From: Thermoproteota archaeon
GTDB lineage: Archaea; Korarchaeota; Korarchaeia; Korarchaeales; JAOZGB01
Assembly (NCBI GenBank): GCA_027491935.1
Contig: JAOZGB010000008.1
Span: 1 to 54,474, forward strand
DNA: 54,474 nucleotides
Direction of reading: 5' to 3'
This document shows positions 26,727-35,806 of this stretch, piece by piece. Each line of letters begins with the position of its first letter. Positions within the stretch are counted from its first letter, which is position 1. A program made the translations under genes and the position numbers. A model generated the notes under the pieces. It was not told the DNA's origin. It did no database searches and saw nothing but the letters and a program-made list of their open reading frames with translations.

Positions 26727-27461
26727 ATGGGAAAGAGGCTTATAGTCCAACGCAGAGGACGAGGAACCCATACCTTCAAGTCATGGGACCATTTAAAGGT
26801 TGGCCCGGCTAAATATCCCCCCAGAGATAAGATCGGTGATGCAGTAGTTAAAGGTGTAATCGAAGAGTTCATCCATGAGCCTGGACGGGGGACCCCGCTT
26901 GCAAGAGTAAAATTGGAAAACGGGGTTTCCTTTATTTATATCCCACCGCGCGGCGTATTCCTAGGTCAAGAGATAGAGATCGGGCCAAACGCAGAGCCAT
27001 CAGTTGGTAATATACTCCCTGTCGGTAAGATTCCGGAAGGGACAATGATATGTAATGTGGAACTTAGAAGGGGTGACGGGGGGAAAATAGCTAGGAGAAG
27101 CGGAACATATGCAATAGTATTCTCACATGAGAAAGGTAAAACCCTACTGAGGCTTAGATCGAAGAAAGAAAAATGGATAAAAGACTCATGCTGGGCAACT
27201 GTCGGCCAAGTTGCTGGAGGAGGCAGGACAGAGTTGTACTTCGTTAAGGCCGGTATGAAGTATCATCTTGTTAAGAAGCAGTCTAAAAAGTGGCCTATAG
27301 TTAGAGGCGTGGCTATGAATCCTGTAAGCCATCCGCATGGAGGAGGATCCCATAATAGGCCTGGGAAACCGACTACAGTACCGAGATCAGCTCCCCCGGG
27401 TCAAAAGGTAGGTCACATAGCCGCACGGTGGGTAGGTAGAAAGAAGAAGAGGAGGCGTTAA
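26727..27461 (+). CDS. rpl2: Ribosomal protein uL2
   Basis: 'QRRGRGT', 'GDGGKIARRSGTYA', 'NPVSHPHGGG'. Confidence 0.95.
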   Translation: MGKRLIVQRRGRGTHTFKSWDHLKVGPAKYPPRDKIGDAVVKGVIEEFIHEPGRGTPLARVKLENGVSFIYIPPRGVFLGQEIEIGPNAEPSVGNILPVGKIPEGTMICNVELRRGDGGKIARRSGTYAIVFSHEKGKTLLRLRSKKEKWIKDSCWATVGQVAGGGRTELYFVKAGMKYHLVKKQSKKWPIVRGVAMNPVSHPHGGGSHNRPGKPTTVPRSAPPGQKVGHIAARWVGRKKKRRR

Positions 27462-27491
27462 AGCTTTAATAGAGCATGCGATATGAAATAG

Positions 27492-27899
27492 TTGATGGCA
27501 ATGATGTCTCGAGAATTTAGATACAGAGGATTAACACTTGAAGAGCTGCAGCAACTACCTATGGATGAGCTTGTGGAGTTGCTACCATCAAGAGTAAGAC
27601 GGACCCTAAAGAGGGGCCTTCACCCCGAAAATAGAAAGTTGTTAGAAAAGATTAGGAGAATAAAAAGGCTTGGAATAAAGAAAATAATAAGGACGCATAG
27701 GAGGGACATGATTATACTCCCAGAGATGGTTGGTATGGTGATAGCTGTGCATAATGGGAAAGACTGGGTAAATGTTGAAATAAAACCAGAAATGATAGGT
27801 CATTATCTTGGCGAGTTCGCCCCAACATGCAAAGTTGTAAAGCATAGTAGACCTGGGAAAGGCGCTACCAGATCAAGTAAGTGGCTGCCCCTCAAATAG
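27492..27899 (+). CDS. rps19: Ribosomal protein uS19
   Basis: '[44 protein letters not shown]'. Confidence 0.92.
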   Translation: MMAMMSREFRYRGLTLEELQQLPMDELVELLPSRVRRTLKRGLHPENRKLLEKIRRIKRLGIKKIIRTHRRDMIILPEMVGMVIAVHNGKDWVNVEIKPEMIGHYLGEFAPTCKVVKHSRPGKGATRSSKWLPLK

Positions 27900-27902
27900 G
27901 GT

Positions 27903-28001
27903 GCCGGGGTGGCAGAGTGGACTAATGCGCTGGCCTTGAGCTATAGAGAAAGCCAGTGCCCCTAACGGGGCTCGTGGGTTCGAATCCCACCCCCGGCGCC
28001 A
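27903..28001 (+). tRNA. tRNA-Ser (anticodon UGA) with a putative 10-nt intron in the anticodon loop and an encoded CCA
   Basis: Acceptor GCCGGGG/CCCCGGC, discriminator G, then CCA. Anticodon stem CTGGC/GCCAG encloses 17 nt (CTTGAG-CTATAGAGAA-A). Long variable arm. It starts 3 nt after the rps19 stop. The 3' 32 nt are identical to the tRNA at 3071. Confidence 0.75.
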
Positions 28002-28010
28002 TTTCTTAGC

Positions 28011-28032
28011 AGAAGATCAGGCCGGATCTTCT
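28011..28032. repeat. Perfect 8-bp inverted repeat (hairpin) just downstream of tRNA-Ser
   Basis: AGAAGATC-aggccg-GATCTTCT. It is preceded by the T-rich 'ATTTCTT' and may be a processing or termination structure. Confidence 0.5.
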
Positions 28033-28396
28033 CAAGCCTTTCCTCAATGTTCTTTAATACTGGTTTTCTCACGATCTCTTTCGGATCTTCGTATTCTAAG
28101 CCCCTCATGAAGCGGGAGTTTCAGCTAGATAGCATGTAGTTTGCGCAGGAAGGGGGGAGGGCTAATACGAACAATTAAGAGGTGTGGAAGAATTGTATAT
28201 GAACAGATAATTTAAAGTCTCAGGATCTAGCCCATAGTTGAAGTAGGTACACTTTAAAACTGCTCGAATTGAAGGCTCGAATGGATGTATGGATCAATTC
28301 CCCAGGTTCCTAACTATTTTATGCATAGCTCTTGAGATGTAGTCTAATACTTCTATCAAGGGGCGAAATAGCTGTATAAAAATATGGATAGGAGGG

Positions 28397-28705
28397 CTAT
28401 GGTAGTATTATGTTTACCTTGACATCTTCGGGTATTGCGATGCTCATTATTCTTCTCATTAACCTCTCATCAGGATTTGGTATGTCTATTATTCTCTTGT
28501 GAACCCTCAGTTCCCAGCGGTCCCATGTTTTACCCCCCTGGCCACATGGGGTTCTCCTCGTCGTTATTCTAAGCTTCTTTGTGGGTAGGGGTACGGGGCC
28601 TATTATTCTTGCTCCGCTTCGAGTGACTATTTCCTTTAGCTGCTTGCAGACTGTTTCCAGGCTCTTGTAATTCGTGCTTACCAGTTCTATTCGCAGTCCC
28701 CGCAT
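28397..28705 (-). CDS. rps10: Ribosomal protein uS10
   Basis: 'RIELVSTNYKSLETVC...IIGPVPLPTKKLRITTRRTPCGQGGKTWDRWELRVHKRIIDI'. Confidence 0.93.
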   Translation of the reverse strand: MRGLRIELVSTNYKSLETVCKQLKEIVTRSGARIIGPVPLPTKKLRITTRRTPCGQGGKTWDRWELRVHKRIIDIPNPDERLMRRIMSIAIPEDVKVNIILP

Positions 28706-28720
28706 CTCCCTGAACCTTTC

Positions 28721-29989
28721 TTACTTACTCTTCTTTTCGACCGGGACGACTTCTAGAACTATTCCAGCCCCTATAGTCATTCCCATGTCTCTTATGGCAA
28801 ACCTGCCTAATGCTGGAAAGTCTTTAAACCTCTCAACTACTAGAGGCTTTATTGGTCTCATTTTTACAACTGCTGAATCCCCTGCCTTAAGGTACTTAGG
28901 ATTCTTCTCTATTACCGCCCCAGTTTTAGGATCTCTTTTGTCCACAAATTCGTAGATTTCACATGCCATGGTTGCCGTATGTATGTGTATTACAGGGGTA
29001 TACCCGGGGGCGATTGCTGTAGGGTGCTGCATGACGATTATTTGTGCTGTGAACTCTTTAGCCACGGTTGGAGAATTATCAGGGTATCCTACCACCATTC
29101 CTCTCTTTAGCTTTCTCTTCTCAATACCCTTTATGTTGAATCCTATATTGTCTCCAGGTACTGCTTGCTCAAGCCTCTCATGGTGCATTTCGATTGATTT
29201 TACTTCTGCTGTCTCGCCTATAGGTTCCACTATTATTTTTGTGTTAGGCTTTAGCACGCCGCTCTCAACTCTGCCGACAGGTACGACTCCTACTCCCGTT
29301 ATCGTGTAAACATCTTGGATTGGTATTCTTAGAGGCTTATCTACAGGCTTCGGCGGAGGCTGGAGCTTGTCGAGCAACTCATATATGGTTGGGCCCTTGT
29401 ACCAAGGCATGTTCTCGCTCTTTTTCACCACATTGTCTCCTTCCCACCCTGATGTTGGGACGAAGGGTATTTTGCTCACATCGTATCCTACTTTTTTGAG
29501 TAGGTTTGAAACTTCGGCCTTGAGTTCCTCGAATCTGTCTTGGCTATACTTTACGGTTTCCTCGTCCATTTTGTTAATTGCTACTATCAGTTGGTTGATG
29601 CCCAGAGTTCTTATAAGGAATATGTGCTCCCGTGTCTGCTGCTGTACACCCTCACCCGCTTTTGCTGAGACTACGAGGAGAGCCGCGTCAGCTTGGCTTG
29701 CCCCTGTAATCATGTTCTTAATGAAGTCTACATGGCCAGGCGCATCGATTATTGTGATGTATTTGTGGGGTGTCTCTATCTTTGTTGTAAAGATGTCTAT
29801 TGTTAATCCTCTTTCTCTCTCTTCTTTTAACTTATCTACCAGCCATGCGAATTTCATAGTTCCTGCTTCTTCGTCACTTGGCAGCTCCTTAACCAAGCCT
29901 AAATCGTAGAATAGCCTACCTAGGATTGTGGACTTTCCATGGTCTACATGCCCTACGAAAACCAGGTTTAGATGTTCTTTTTCAGGCAT
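28721..29989 (-). CDS. tuf: Translation elongation factor EF-1alpha (aEF1A)
   Basis: G motifs 'GHVDHGKST', 'DAPGH' and 'NKMD', plus C-terminal beta-barrel domains. Confidence 0.96.
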   Translation of the reverse strand: MPEKEHLNLVFVGHVDHGKSTILGRLFYDLGLVKELPSDEEAGTMKFAWLVDKLKEERERGLTIDIFTTKIETPHKYITIIDAPGHVDFIKNMITGASQADAALLVVSAKAGEGVQQQTREHIFLIRTLGINQLIVAINKMDEETVKYSQDRFEELKAEVSNLLKKVGYDVSKIPFVPTSGWEGDNVVKKSENMPWYKGPTIYELLDKLQPPPKPVDKPLRIPIQDVYTITGVGVVPVGRVESGVLKPNTKIIVEPIGETAEVKSIEMHHERLEQAVPGDNIGFNIKGIEKRKLKRGMVVGYPDNSPTVAKEFTAQIIVMQHPTAIAPGYTPVIHIHTATMACEIYEFVDKRDPKTGAVIEKNPKYLKAGDSAVVKMRPIKPLVVERFKDFPALGRFAIRDMGMTIGAGIVLEVVPVEKKSK

Positions 29990-30212
29990 TTCTCTCCCTC
30001 ATATCAAGCTTAGAATAGAAAGTATCTTTGTCAAATTTTAACTTTATCTTCGACATGACGATTTCACATGTGGGGGCGATCTGCTCATATTCCGACAGAA
30101 TGTATATTCCCTCATTGCGTTTAGAATAATTTTCTAGAAGGATAGTTTATCTGTTAGTTTAGCATCGAACATTTGTTACTCTTAGTTAAGAGTTTTGTAT
30201 TCCACTATTGAT

Positions 30213-30815
30213 TTATCTAGAACTTGCTGCTATCCTTTCTATCTCTTCTTTCTTTTTAATGGCGTAGCTTTTATTTCTGTCATAATTTGCTGCCGCTATT
30301 ATTTCCTCGGCTAGACACTCATCAAGCCTTCTAACAGATCTGTAGGATTTCATAGCTGCTCCTTGCGCAATGTATCTGATTGCCAGGTCCACCATTCTTG
30401 TGGGTGACACATCCACTGAATGTAAGTATGCTACCCCCCCATATATGATTCTGGTTGTTTCTTCCCTAATTGCAGCGTTCTGAATAGCCTCAACTAGAAC
30501 CTGAACAGGGTTTTTCCCGGTCTTTAAATGCATTATTTCCAGGGCACGTTCCACAACTTTTAGTGCTCTAACCTTCTTGCCGGCGTTTTTGCTATTAACT
30601 CTTGACTTTTTCACGCCATAATTCAACGGTTGTCCCATTAATCTATTGGCAAGCCTTTCAACGATAGGAACCCTGTGTTTTCCGAAACGTTTATGTTCAT
30701 GTCTTCCGGATGTATGAGGTAGAAATATGGGTTTAAGGTTTATCTTATCCTTTAAAGCAAGGTTTTTTACTTCTACTTCCTCTAAATCCCACTTTCCAAA
30801 AAGTTTTATACCCAT
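30213..30815 (-). CDS. rps7: Ribosomal protein uS7
   Basis: '[14 protein letters not shown]' and '[16 protein letters not shown]'. Confidence 0.9.
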   Translation of the reverse strand: MGIKLFGKWDLEEVEVKNLALKDKINLKPIFLPHTSGRHEHKRFGKHRVPIVERLANRLMGQPLNYGVKKSRVNSKNAGKKVRALKVVERALEIMHLKTGKNPVQVLVEAIQNAAIREETTRIIYGGVAYLHSVDVSPTRMVDLAIRYIAQGAAMKSYRSVRRLDECLAEEIIAAANYDRNKSYAIKKKEEIERIAASSR

Positions 30816-30820
30816 GGGAT

Positions 30821-31261
30821 CTACCTCTGTGGTTTCTCCTTCTTCCCTTCCAAAATTGCTTTGAGTGATACCCCGTTAACTTTTATAACTTGAAATCTAA
30901 CCCCCGGTATGTCTCCATAGCTTCTTGCCCTAGAACCCCCTATACCAGCGATTATTACCTCGTCATGCACTTCAATATAGTTTAGGGCACCATCTCCCGG
31001 AGCAAATGCAATGACCTGTTCGCCGGTCTTGGCAAGTTGCACCTTAACGCATTTTCTTAGTCCAGAATGTGGTTGCCTAGCTTCGAGCCCGACTTTTTCA
31101 ATTACTATTCCCCTTGCCTGAGGTGCTCTTCCCAGCGGATAGTACTTCCTGTGGAAGCCATATACTCTCCTCCTCCATCTAGCATCATGTCTCTTCTTCT
31201 TTTTCACTCTCTTCAGCAGTGGTCTAGCAGCGTACAGTCCTAGTGGAGACTTCTTGGCCAT
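30821..31261 (-). CDS. rps12: Ribosomal protein uS12
   Basis: '[26 protein letters not shown]' and '[18 protein letters not shown]'. Confidence 0.93.
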   Translation of the reverse strand: MAKKSPLGLYAARPLLKRVKKKKRHDARWRRRVYGFHRKYYPLGRAPQARGIVIEKVGLEARQPHSGLRKCVKVQLAKTGEQVIAFAPGDGALNYIEVHDEVIIAGIGGSRARSYGDIPGVRFQVIKVNGVSLKAILEGKKEKPQR

Positions 31262-31271
31262 ACAATAATAC

Positions 31272-31718
31272 CTATTCTGCTGGCTTATCTATAAGCTTTA
31301 TGTCGTCTATGTCATACCATCTTTTTGCTAGGTACCTAGCTCTGTTTATGTTTTTCCCACCCTTACCTATGGCTATTCCCTTGTCCTCTGCGACAACTGA
31401 TACGAAGGCGATCTTTCTCCCTCCCTGATCCATAATCTTTATGTAGTTGACCCTTGCTGGTTGAAATAGCTTTCTAATGAAGGTTTCTGGGTGTCTTGAA
31501 AATTCGACAACTTCGACATCCTTACCAATTGCCTTCTTTAGTCTTTTTATCATTATTCCTCTTCTACCTATTGCTAGGCCTATCTGACCTTCAGCTACCA
31601 AGTATATTACCCTGTTGTTTTCGTCATCTATCCTACAATCTATTACAGTGCTTCCTGTGAGATCTTCAAATAATGAGATGTATTTTATCTCACGGGTTCC
31701 TAGGATTTTCTCCTTCAT
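31272..31718 (-). CDS. nusA: Archaeal NusA-like KH-domain protein
   Basis: Two KH-type 'GxxG' motifs ('[12 protein letters not shown]', '[12 protein letters not shown]'). It sits in the canonical position between rpl30e and rps12. Confidence 0.85.
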   Translation of the reverse strand: MKEKILGTREIKYISLFEDLTGSTVIDCRIDDENNRVIYLVAEGQIGLAIGRRGIMIKRLKKAIGKDVEVVEFSRHPETFIRKLFQPARVNYIKIMDQGGRKIAFVSVVAEDKGIAIGKGGKNINRARYLAKRWYDIDDIKLIDKPAE

Positions 31719-32046
31719 TTAAGTCACCTTCTGCGTATTTAAGTATAGATGAATCACCTTCATCGACAATAGCGAGCGCAGACACGAGAAACTTCTTCCC
31801 TACAGCCTTACCAAGTTCAAGCGCCCCTGCATCGTATCTTAAGATGGGAACATTGGTCAGCTTCGCAAATTTCTCTATCCTCTCTTTGTACTGTTCTGGG
31901 CAGTTATTGGCGAGTATTATTAATTTTGACCTTGTGGCTCGGCTTCCCAAATCCCTTATTACAGCCTTACATCCAAGTATCATTTTACCTGATTTTGAGC
32001 ATATCTCTAATTCCTCATCTAGCCCCACTTTCAATCTCCCCCACAT
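31690..32046 (-). CDS. rpl30e: Ribosomal protein eL30 (L30e)
   Basis: 'SGKMILGCKAVIRDL...KLIILANNCP...VPILRYDAGALELGKAVGKKFLVSALAIVD'. Alternative TTG/GTG starts lie at 32034 and 32028. Confidence 0.85.
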   Translation of the reverse strand: MWGRLKVGLDEELEICSKSGKMILGCKAVIRDLGSRATRSKLIILANNCPEQYKERIEKFAKLTNVPILRYDAGALELGKAVGKKFLVSALAIVDEGDSSILKYAEGDLNEGENPRNP

Positions 32047-35000
32047 ACCAGTATACGTTTACACCTCCTGTTCCTATTCGTGGCGGCTTTCCAACTATAA
32101 CAGCGTCTAGAGGACTTTTAAGTTCTGTCCTTATACCTTGTCTTGAGGCATCAAGTATTACCTTCTTAGTAGTTTCGAAGGCCGCCCTTGCTAGAATATC
32201 CTTCTTATCTTTGAGGACGCCGTATCTGCCGACTTGTCTTATTTCTCCTGTAAAGCACATAAGATCCGCTATTAGAGATACGTGTCTCCTGTCTACCTCT
32301 AGTCCCTGGCCCTCTAACACTCCTAGAACTTCCTCTATAAGCAGGTTTCTAGCGGCTTCTATTCCGAGAACTTTTCTAACCTCATATATATCGTTACATG
32401 TCGTCTTAGTTGTATCTACCCCCTCTATTTCGAATACCTTCTGTAGATTTACACCTTCGGTTTCAATAATGTACTCGCCATCTTTGAATCTTACTCTAGC
32501 TTTCTTTATCCCTTTGATCCCTTTCACGTGTGTATCGAGTATTTTCCTCCGGAGTTCCCTAAGTTGTCTTATGAATCCCTCCTTTTGCAGTTTTACCTTA
32601 ACCCGCCCATCTTCTACGGAAACTTTTCCAAGTTTACTTAGGAGTTTAGCTATGTTCTCCACCTTTACATTTGCCTTTTTAACCTTAGTCTTGTCCAGGA
32701 CTATCGTTATTTCCCTTTCATAGTAGTCTGTTAGCGCCATTTTTGCGAGATCGCCTACCTTTATCTCGACCATGCTTCTAACTATTTTTTCAGCCTCTTC
32801 TCTTGATTTAGCTATCTTAGGCTTCAGATACACAGTCATTCTCGGTGTTTTCTGTTTTCTTCTTGCATCAAATAGCTCTATGAGTCTTGGTAGGCCGAGA
32901 GTGATGTTTAGCTCGGCTACTCCTGGTGTATGGAATGTCCTAAGTGTCATCTGGGTTGCCGGTTCAGCTACGCTTTCTGCAGCTATTATTCCAACTGGGT
33001 GGAGAGGTTGCACTATACACTGTTCTCTCGCCTTTAAACCTTTTTTTATAGCTATTTCCACTGCTTTTGATCCGGCTTTTAACTCTACTAAGTGTTTCGC
33101 GAGAGTTTTCGGCAAGCCAGCCTTTAACACCCTGTCTTCTATATCCTCTGGGGTGAGTGTCTGTTCGTCACCTGCCCCCTTAACAGAGTCTTCAGCTATC
33201 TTCTCGAAGTTAGCGTACTCTCCATGGAAGTATTTTGCTGGGTCTATGCCGTCATCCCCAAACTTAAACTGAATTATATTGCCTTCGGAGTCTCGCACAG
33301 TAAAGTCATAGTCAACCATACAGTCCTTCAAGGCATTAGCGAGTTTCCTGTAAGTGTAGCCGCTCTCAGCGGTTCTTAATCCTTTATCTACTAAGCTGTC
33401 TCTACCTGCCATCGCATGGAAGAGAAACTCCGCCGGTGTTAACCCTTTCACATAGCTGTTCTTAACGTATCCTTTAGAGAAGACTTCGTCTTCCCCTGGA
33501 ATAAAGCATGAGAGAGTCCTACCTCTGAAACCTGTTATAACCCTTTTGCCCCTTATCGCTTGCTGCCCAAGAGATGCTGACATTTGTGTCAAGTTTAGGA
33601 TTGATCCTCTAGCTTTTGTCCTAGCCATTACGTACGGGTCGCTGTCCGGGTTAAGGTACCTCTTCACTATTTCCTCATGTTTCCCACGGGTTTTCTGTAA
33701 AACATCCATTATGAGGCGCTCAAGCGTCTCTCTTTTGGTCATACCCGGTATTGCTTCGAGTTTTCCCTTTTTGGCCTTTTCTATCAGTTCCATTACATCT
33801 TGCTTTCCTTTTTCAATTACTTCTTCAACTTCCCTTAAGGCTTCAGGGGGTAGTTCAACATCACTTAAGGACATAGTTGTTCCTCTAAGCCTTATGTAGC
33901 CGGATAGCGCCTTAAAGTATCTACTTATGAAATCCGCCGCTGCTTCTTCTCCCTTATCCCTGATAATCGTGTCTAGCAGGGAGGTTTTTGCTTTAACAAG
34001 AACCCCTATAGTATTTGTGTCTAATGCTCCCTTAAGTAACTCCCCATCTTTAATTATAACATAAGCGTCGTAGGGGCATTTCTCTTCGAGGCATTTCTCA
34101 CATCCTCTGCATGCAGAGGCTTTGCCCCTAAACCCTATCCCTTTCGGAAGGAACATAGAGAATATTTTCTTGCCGCTCCACAGCCCATCCTCGTCTGGTT
34201 CGGGTAGTTTATATATTCCTCCCCAGACTAGTATTCTGGACGCGTCTTTCTTTGTAAGCTTAGTCTTCTCAGAGGTCATTAGGTAAGCAGCCGTTATATA
34301 GTCTTCGCTTCCTCCTATTATTGCTCCCCCTATCCTTGGAGAAACAAGGTTCTTTTCGACAGCTAGAAGTTCTTCGCCCTCTATTCTTGCTTGGAGACTT
34401 TGAGGAGCATGTACGTTCATCTCATCGCCGTCAAAGTCGGCATTGTAAGGGGTGCATACGGCCGGGTTTAATCTAAACGTCCCATACGGTAAGACCTTTA
34501 CCCTGTGCTTTAGTATTGAGAGTCTATGAAGGCTTGGGTGCCTATTGAAAATAACAGAATCCCCATCTTGTAGATGCCTCTCTACCACATAGTTATAGTC
34601 CAGCTCGTCAGCGATAGCCTGTCTGTCAGCTAGGAGTGTCAGCTTAACTTTCTCCCCATTAGGCCTTATAACATAGTTTGCGCCGGGATACTCAGGTCCA
34701 TTCTTCACTCTCTCCTTAAGTTCTTCAATGTTGTACTCATTAACGTGCTCAGGCAATGTGAGGACTTTAGCTATTTCTACAGGTACTCCAACCTCGCCTA
34801 TATCAATCATGGGGTCAGGAGTTATAACTGTCCGGCTAGAGAAATCTACACGCTTCCCGATTAGGTTATTTCTGAACCTCCCATCTTTACCTGACCATCT
34901 GTCGAAAATAGCCTTAATAGGCCTCTTCCCATGTTGGGTGGCCGGGGGTAATCCCGATATGGTGTTGTCATATAATGTGGCAACGTGATACTGAAGGAGA

Positions 35001-35806
35001 TCCCACGTTTCCTCAACCAGCACGCTCGGTGATCCTGACCCTAATAAACTTTCGAGCTTTCGGTTCACTCTAACAATGTCAGCTAGCTTATGAGTTAAGT
35101 CGTCTTCGGACTTTTCCCCAGTCTCAAGTGTTACGGATGGCCTAATGCTTAAGGGTGGAACGAGGATAACTGTTAAGACAGCATTCTCCGGACGAGATCT
35201 GGACGGGTGGAAGCCTAAGAGGAGCACGTCATCATCAGGGATTCCTTCAAGCCGCTCTCTGATCTCCTGGGGCCATATTCTCCTCTTGTTCGGGTGTTCG
35301 ATGTAAAACCTGTAGACGTATTCTACCTTCACCTTTACAGCTTTCTTACCGCAGTGGGGGCATTTTTGAACCTTTGATGCCTTTGCTATCACTTCTCTTA
35401 CGATTTTCTGGCTTATTTCTCCATGGATTTTAATATGCTGGTTCATTTTCTCCATATACCCCTTTAATACGTCATCAGGGAGGAGTATTCTATTGCAATT
35501 AGCACACGTGGAATTTAGGATATCCCTTATTTCTCGGATGAATCCTATGTGGAGTACTGGCCTCACTAGTTCTATTCTTCCGAAGTGCCCCGGGCATTGG
35601 TCTATCCTGTTGCCGCATGTTTTGCACACTTGGGTCGGATCGATTACGCCGAGTCTAGGGTCTAGAACCCCCCCCTCTATGGGGCTTCCCTCTTCATCAT
35701 ATGTGTCAGGGCTGGTAATCTCTATGGCTCCTATTTTCCTTATTTGCTTTGGTGATAGTAAACCGAAGGTTAGGGCTTTAATTCTATAGGATGGATCATA
35801 GTTCAA
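32015..35806 (-). CDS. rpoA: DNA-directed RNA polymerase subunit A, unsplit (A' and A'' parts in one 1263-aa ORF)
   Basis: N-terminal Zn site 'CKTCGNRIDQCPGHFG' and catalytic 'NADFDGDEMN'. The A''-type region ('VGIIAAESVAEPATQMTLRTFH') follows in the same frame with no stop. The junction is at about nt 33100-33250. Confidence 0.93.
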   Translation of the reverse strand: MNYDPSYRIKALTFGLLSPKQIRKIGAIEITSPDTYDEEGSPIEGGVLDPRLGVIDPTQVCKTCGNRIDQCPGHFGRIELVRPVLHIGFIREIRDILNSTCANCNRILLPDDVLKGYMEKMNQHIKIHGEISQKIVREVIAKASKVQKCPHCGKKAVKVKVEYVYRFYIEHPNKRRIWPQEIRERLEGIPDDDVLLLGFHPSRSRPENAVLTVILVPPLSIRPSVTLETGEKSEDDLTHKLADIVRVNRKLESLLGSGSPSVLVEETWDLLQYHVATLYDNTISGLPPATQHGKRPIKAIFDRWSGKDGRFRNNLIGKRVDFSSRTVITPDPMIDIGEVGVPVEIAKVLTLPEHVNEYNIEELKERVKNGPEYPGANYVIRPNGEKVKLTLLADRQAIADELDYNYVVERHLQDGDSVIFNRHPSLHRLSILKHRVKVLPYGTFRLNPAVCTPYNADFDGDEMNVHAPQSLQARIEGEELLAVEKNLVSPRIGGAIIGGSEDYITAAYLMTSEKTKLTKKDASRILVWGGIYKLPEPDEDGLWSGKKIFSMFLPKGIGFRGKASACRGCEKCLEEKCPYDAYVIIKDGELLKGALDTNTIGVLVKAKTSLLDTIIRDKGEEAAADFISRYFKALSGYIRLRGTTMSLSDVELPPEALREVEEVIEKGKQDVMELIEKAKKGKLEAIPGMTKRETLERLIMDVLQKTRGKHEEIVKRYLNPDSDPYVMARTKARGSILNLTQMSASLGQQAIRGKRVITGFRGRTLSCFIPGEDEVFSKGYVKNSYVKGLTPAEFLFHAMAGRDSLVDKGLRTAESGYTYRKLANALKDCMVDYDFTVRDSEGNIIQFKFGDDGIDPAKYFHGEYANFEKIAEDSVKGAGDEQTLTPEDIEDRVLKAGLPKTLAKHLVELKAGSKAVEIAIKKGLKAREQCIVQPLHPVGIIAAESVAEPATQMTLRTFHTPGVAELNITLGLPRLIELFDARRKQKTPRMTVYLKPKIAKSREEAEKIVRSMVEIKVGDLAKMALTDYYEREITIVLDKTKVKKANVKVENIAKLLSKLGKVSVEDGRVKVKLQKEGFIRQLRELRRKILDTHVKGIKGIKKARVRFKDGEYIIETEGVNLQKVFEIEGVDTTKTTCNDIYEVRKVLGIEAARNLLIEEVLGVLEGQGLEVDRRHVSLIADLMCFTGEIRQVGRYGVLKDKKDILARAAFETTKKVILDASRQGIRTELKSPLDAVIVGKPPRIGTGGVNVYWYVGEIESGAR

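Noticed and set aside
27962-28108. 48-aa minus-strand ORF (MRGLEYEDPKEIVRKPVLKNIEERLEKIRPDLLLRNG...) running into the tRNA-Ser gene, considered as a remnant of a NifU-like gene disrupted at the tRNA
   Set aside because: It is too short to judge. The 'LEKIRPDL' resemblance to NifU-type proteins is anecdotal, the same bases form the perfect hairpin at 28011-28032, and the last ~12 codons are just tRNA antisense. It would only be worth re-testing with a translated search against related genomes.
28002-28396. C/D-box or H/ACA sRNA, or a pseudogene of rpl22, in the spacer after tRNA-Ser
   Set aside because: There is no RUGAUGA/CTGA box arrangement on either strand, and no translated frame resembles L22 or S3. 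The function remains open and is reported only as a breakpoint.
31926-32723. 265-aa plus-strand ORF, and the many other 60-180-aa ORFs antisense to rpoA, rpoB, EF-1alpha, thermosome, PolD and similar genes
   Set aside because: All are embedded opposite long, unambiguously identified genes. They have low-complexity S/L/P/T-rich translations and no motifs. They are shadow ORFs.
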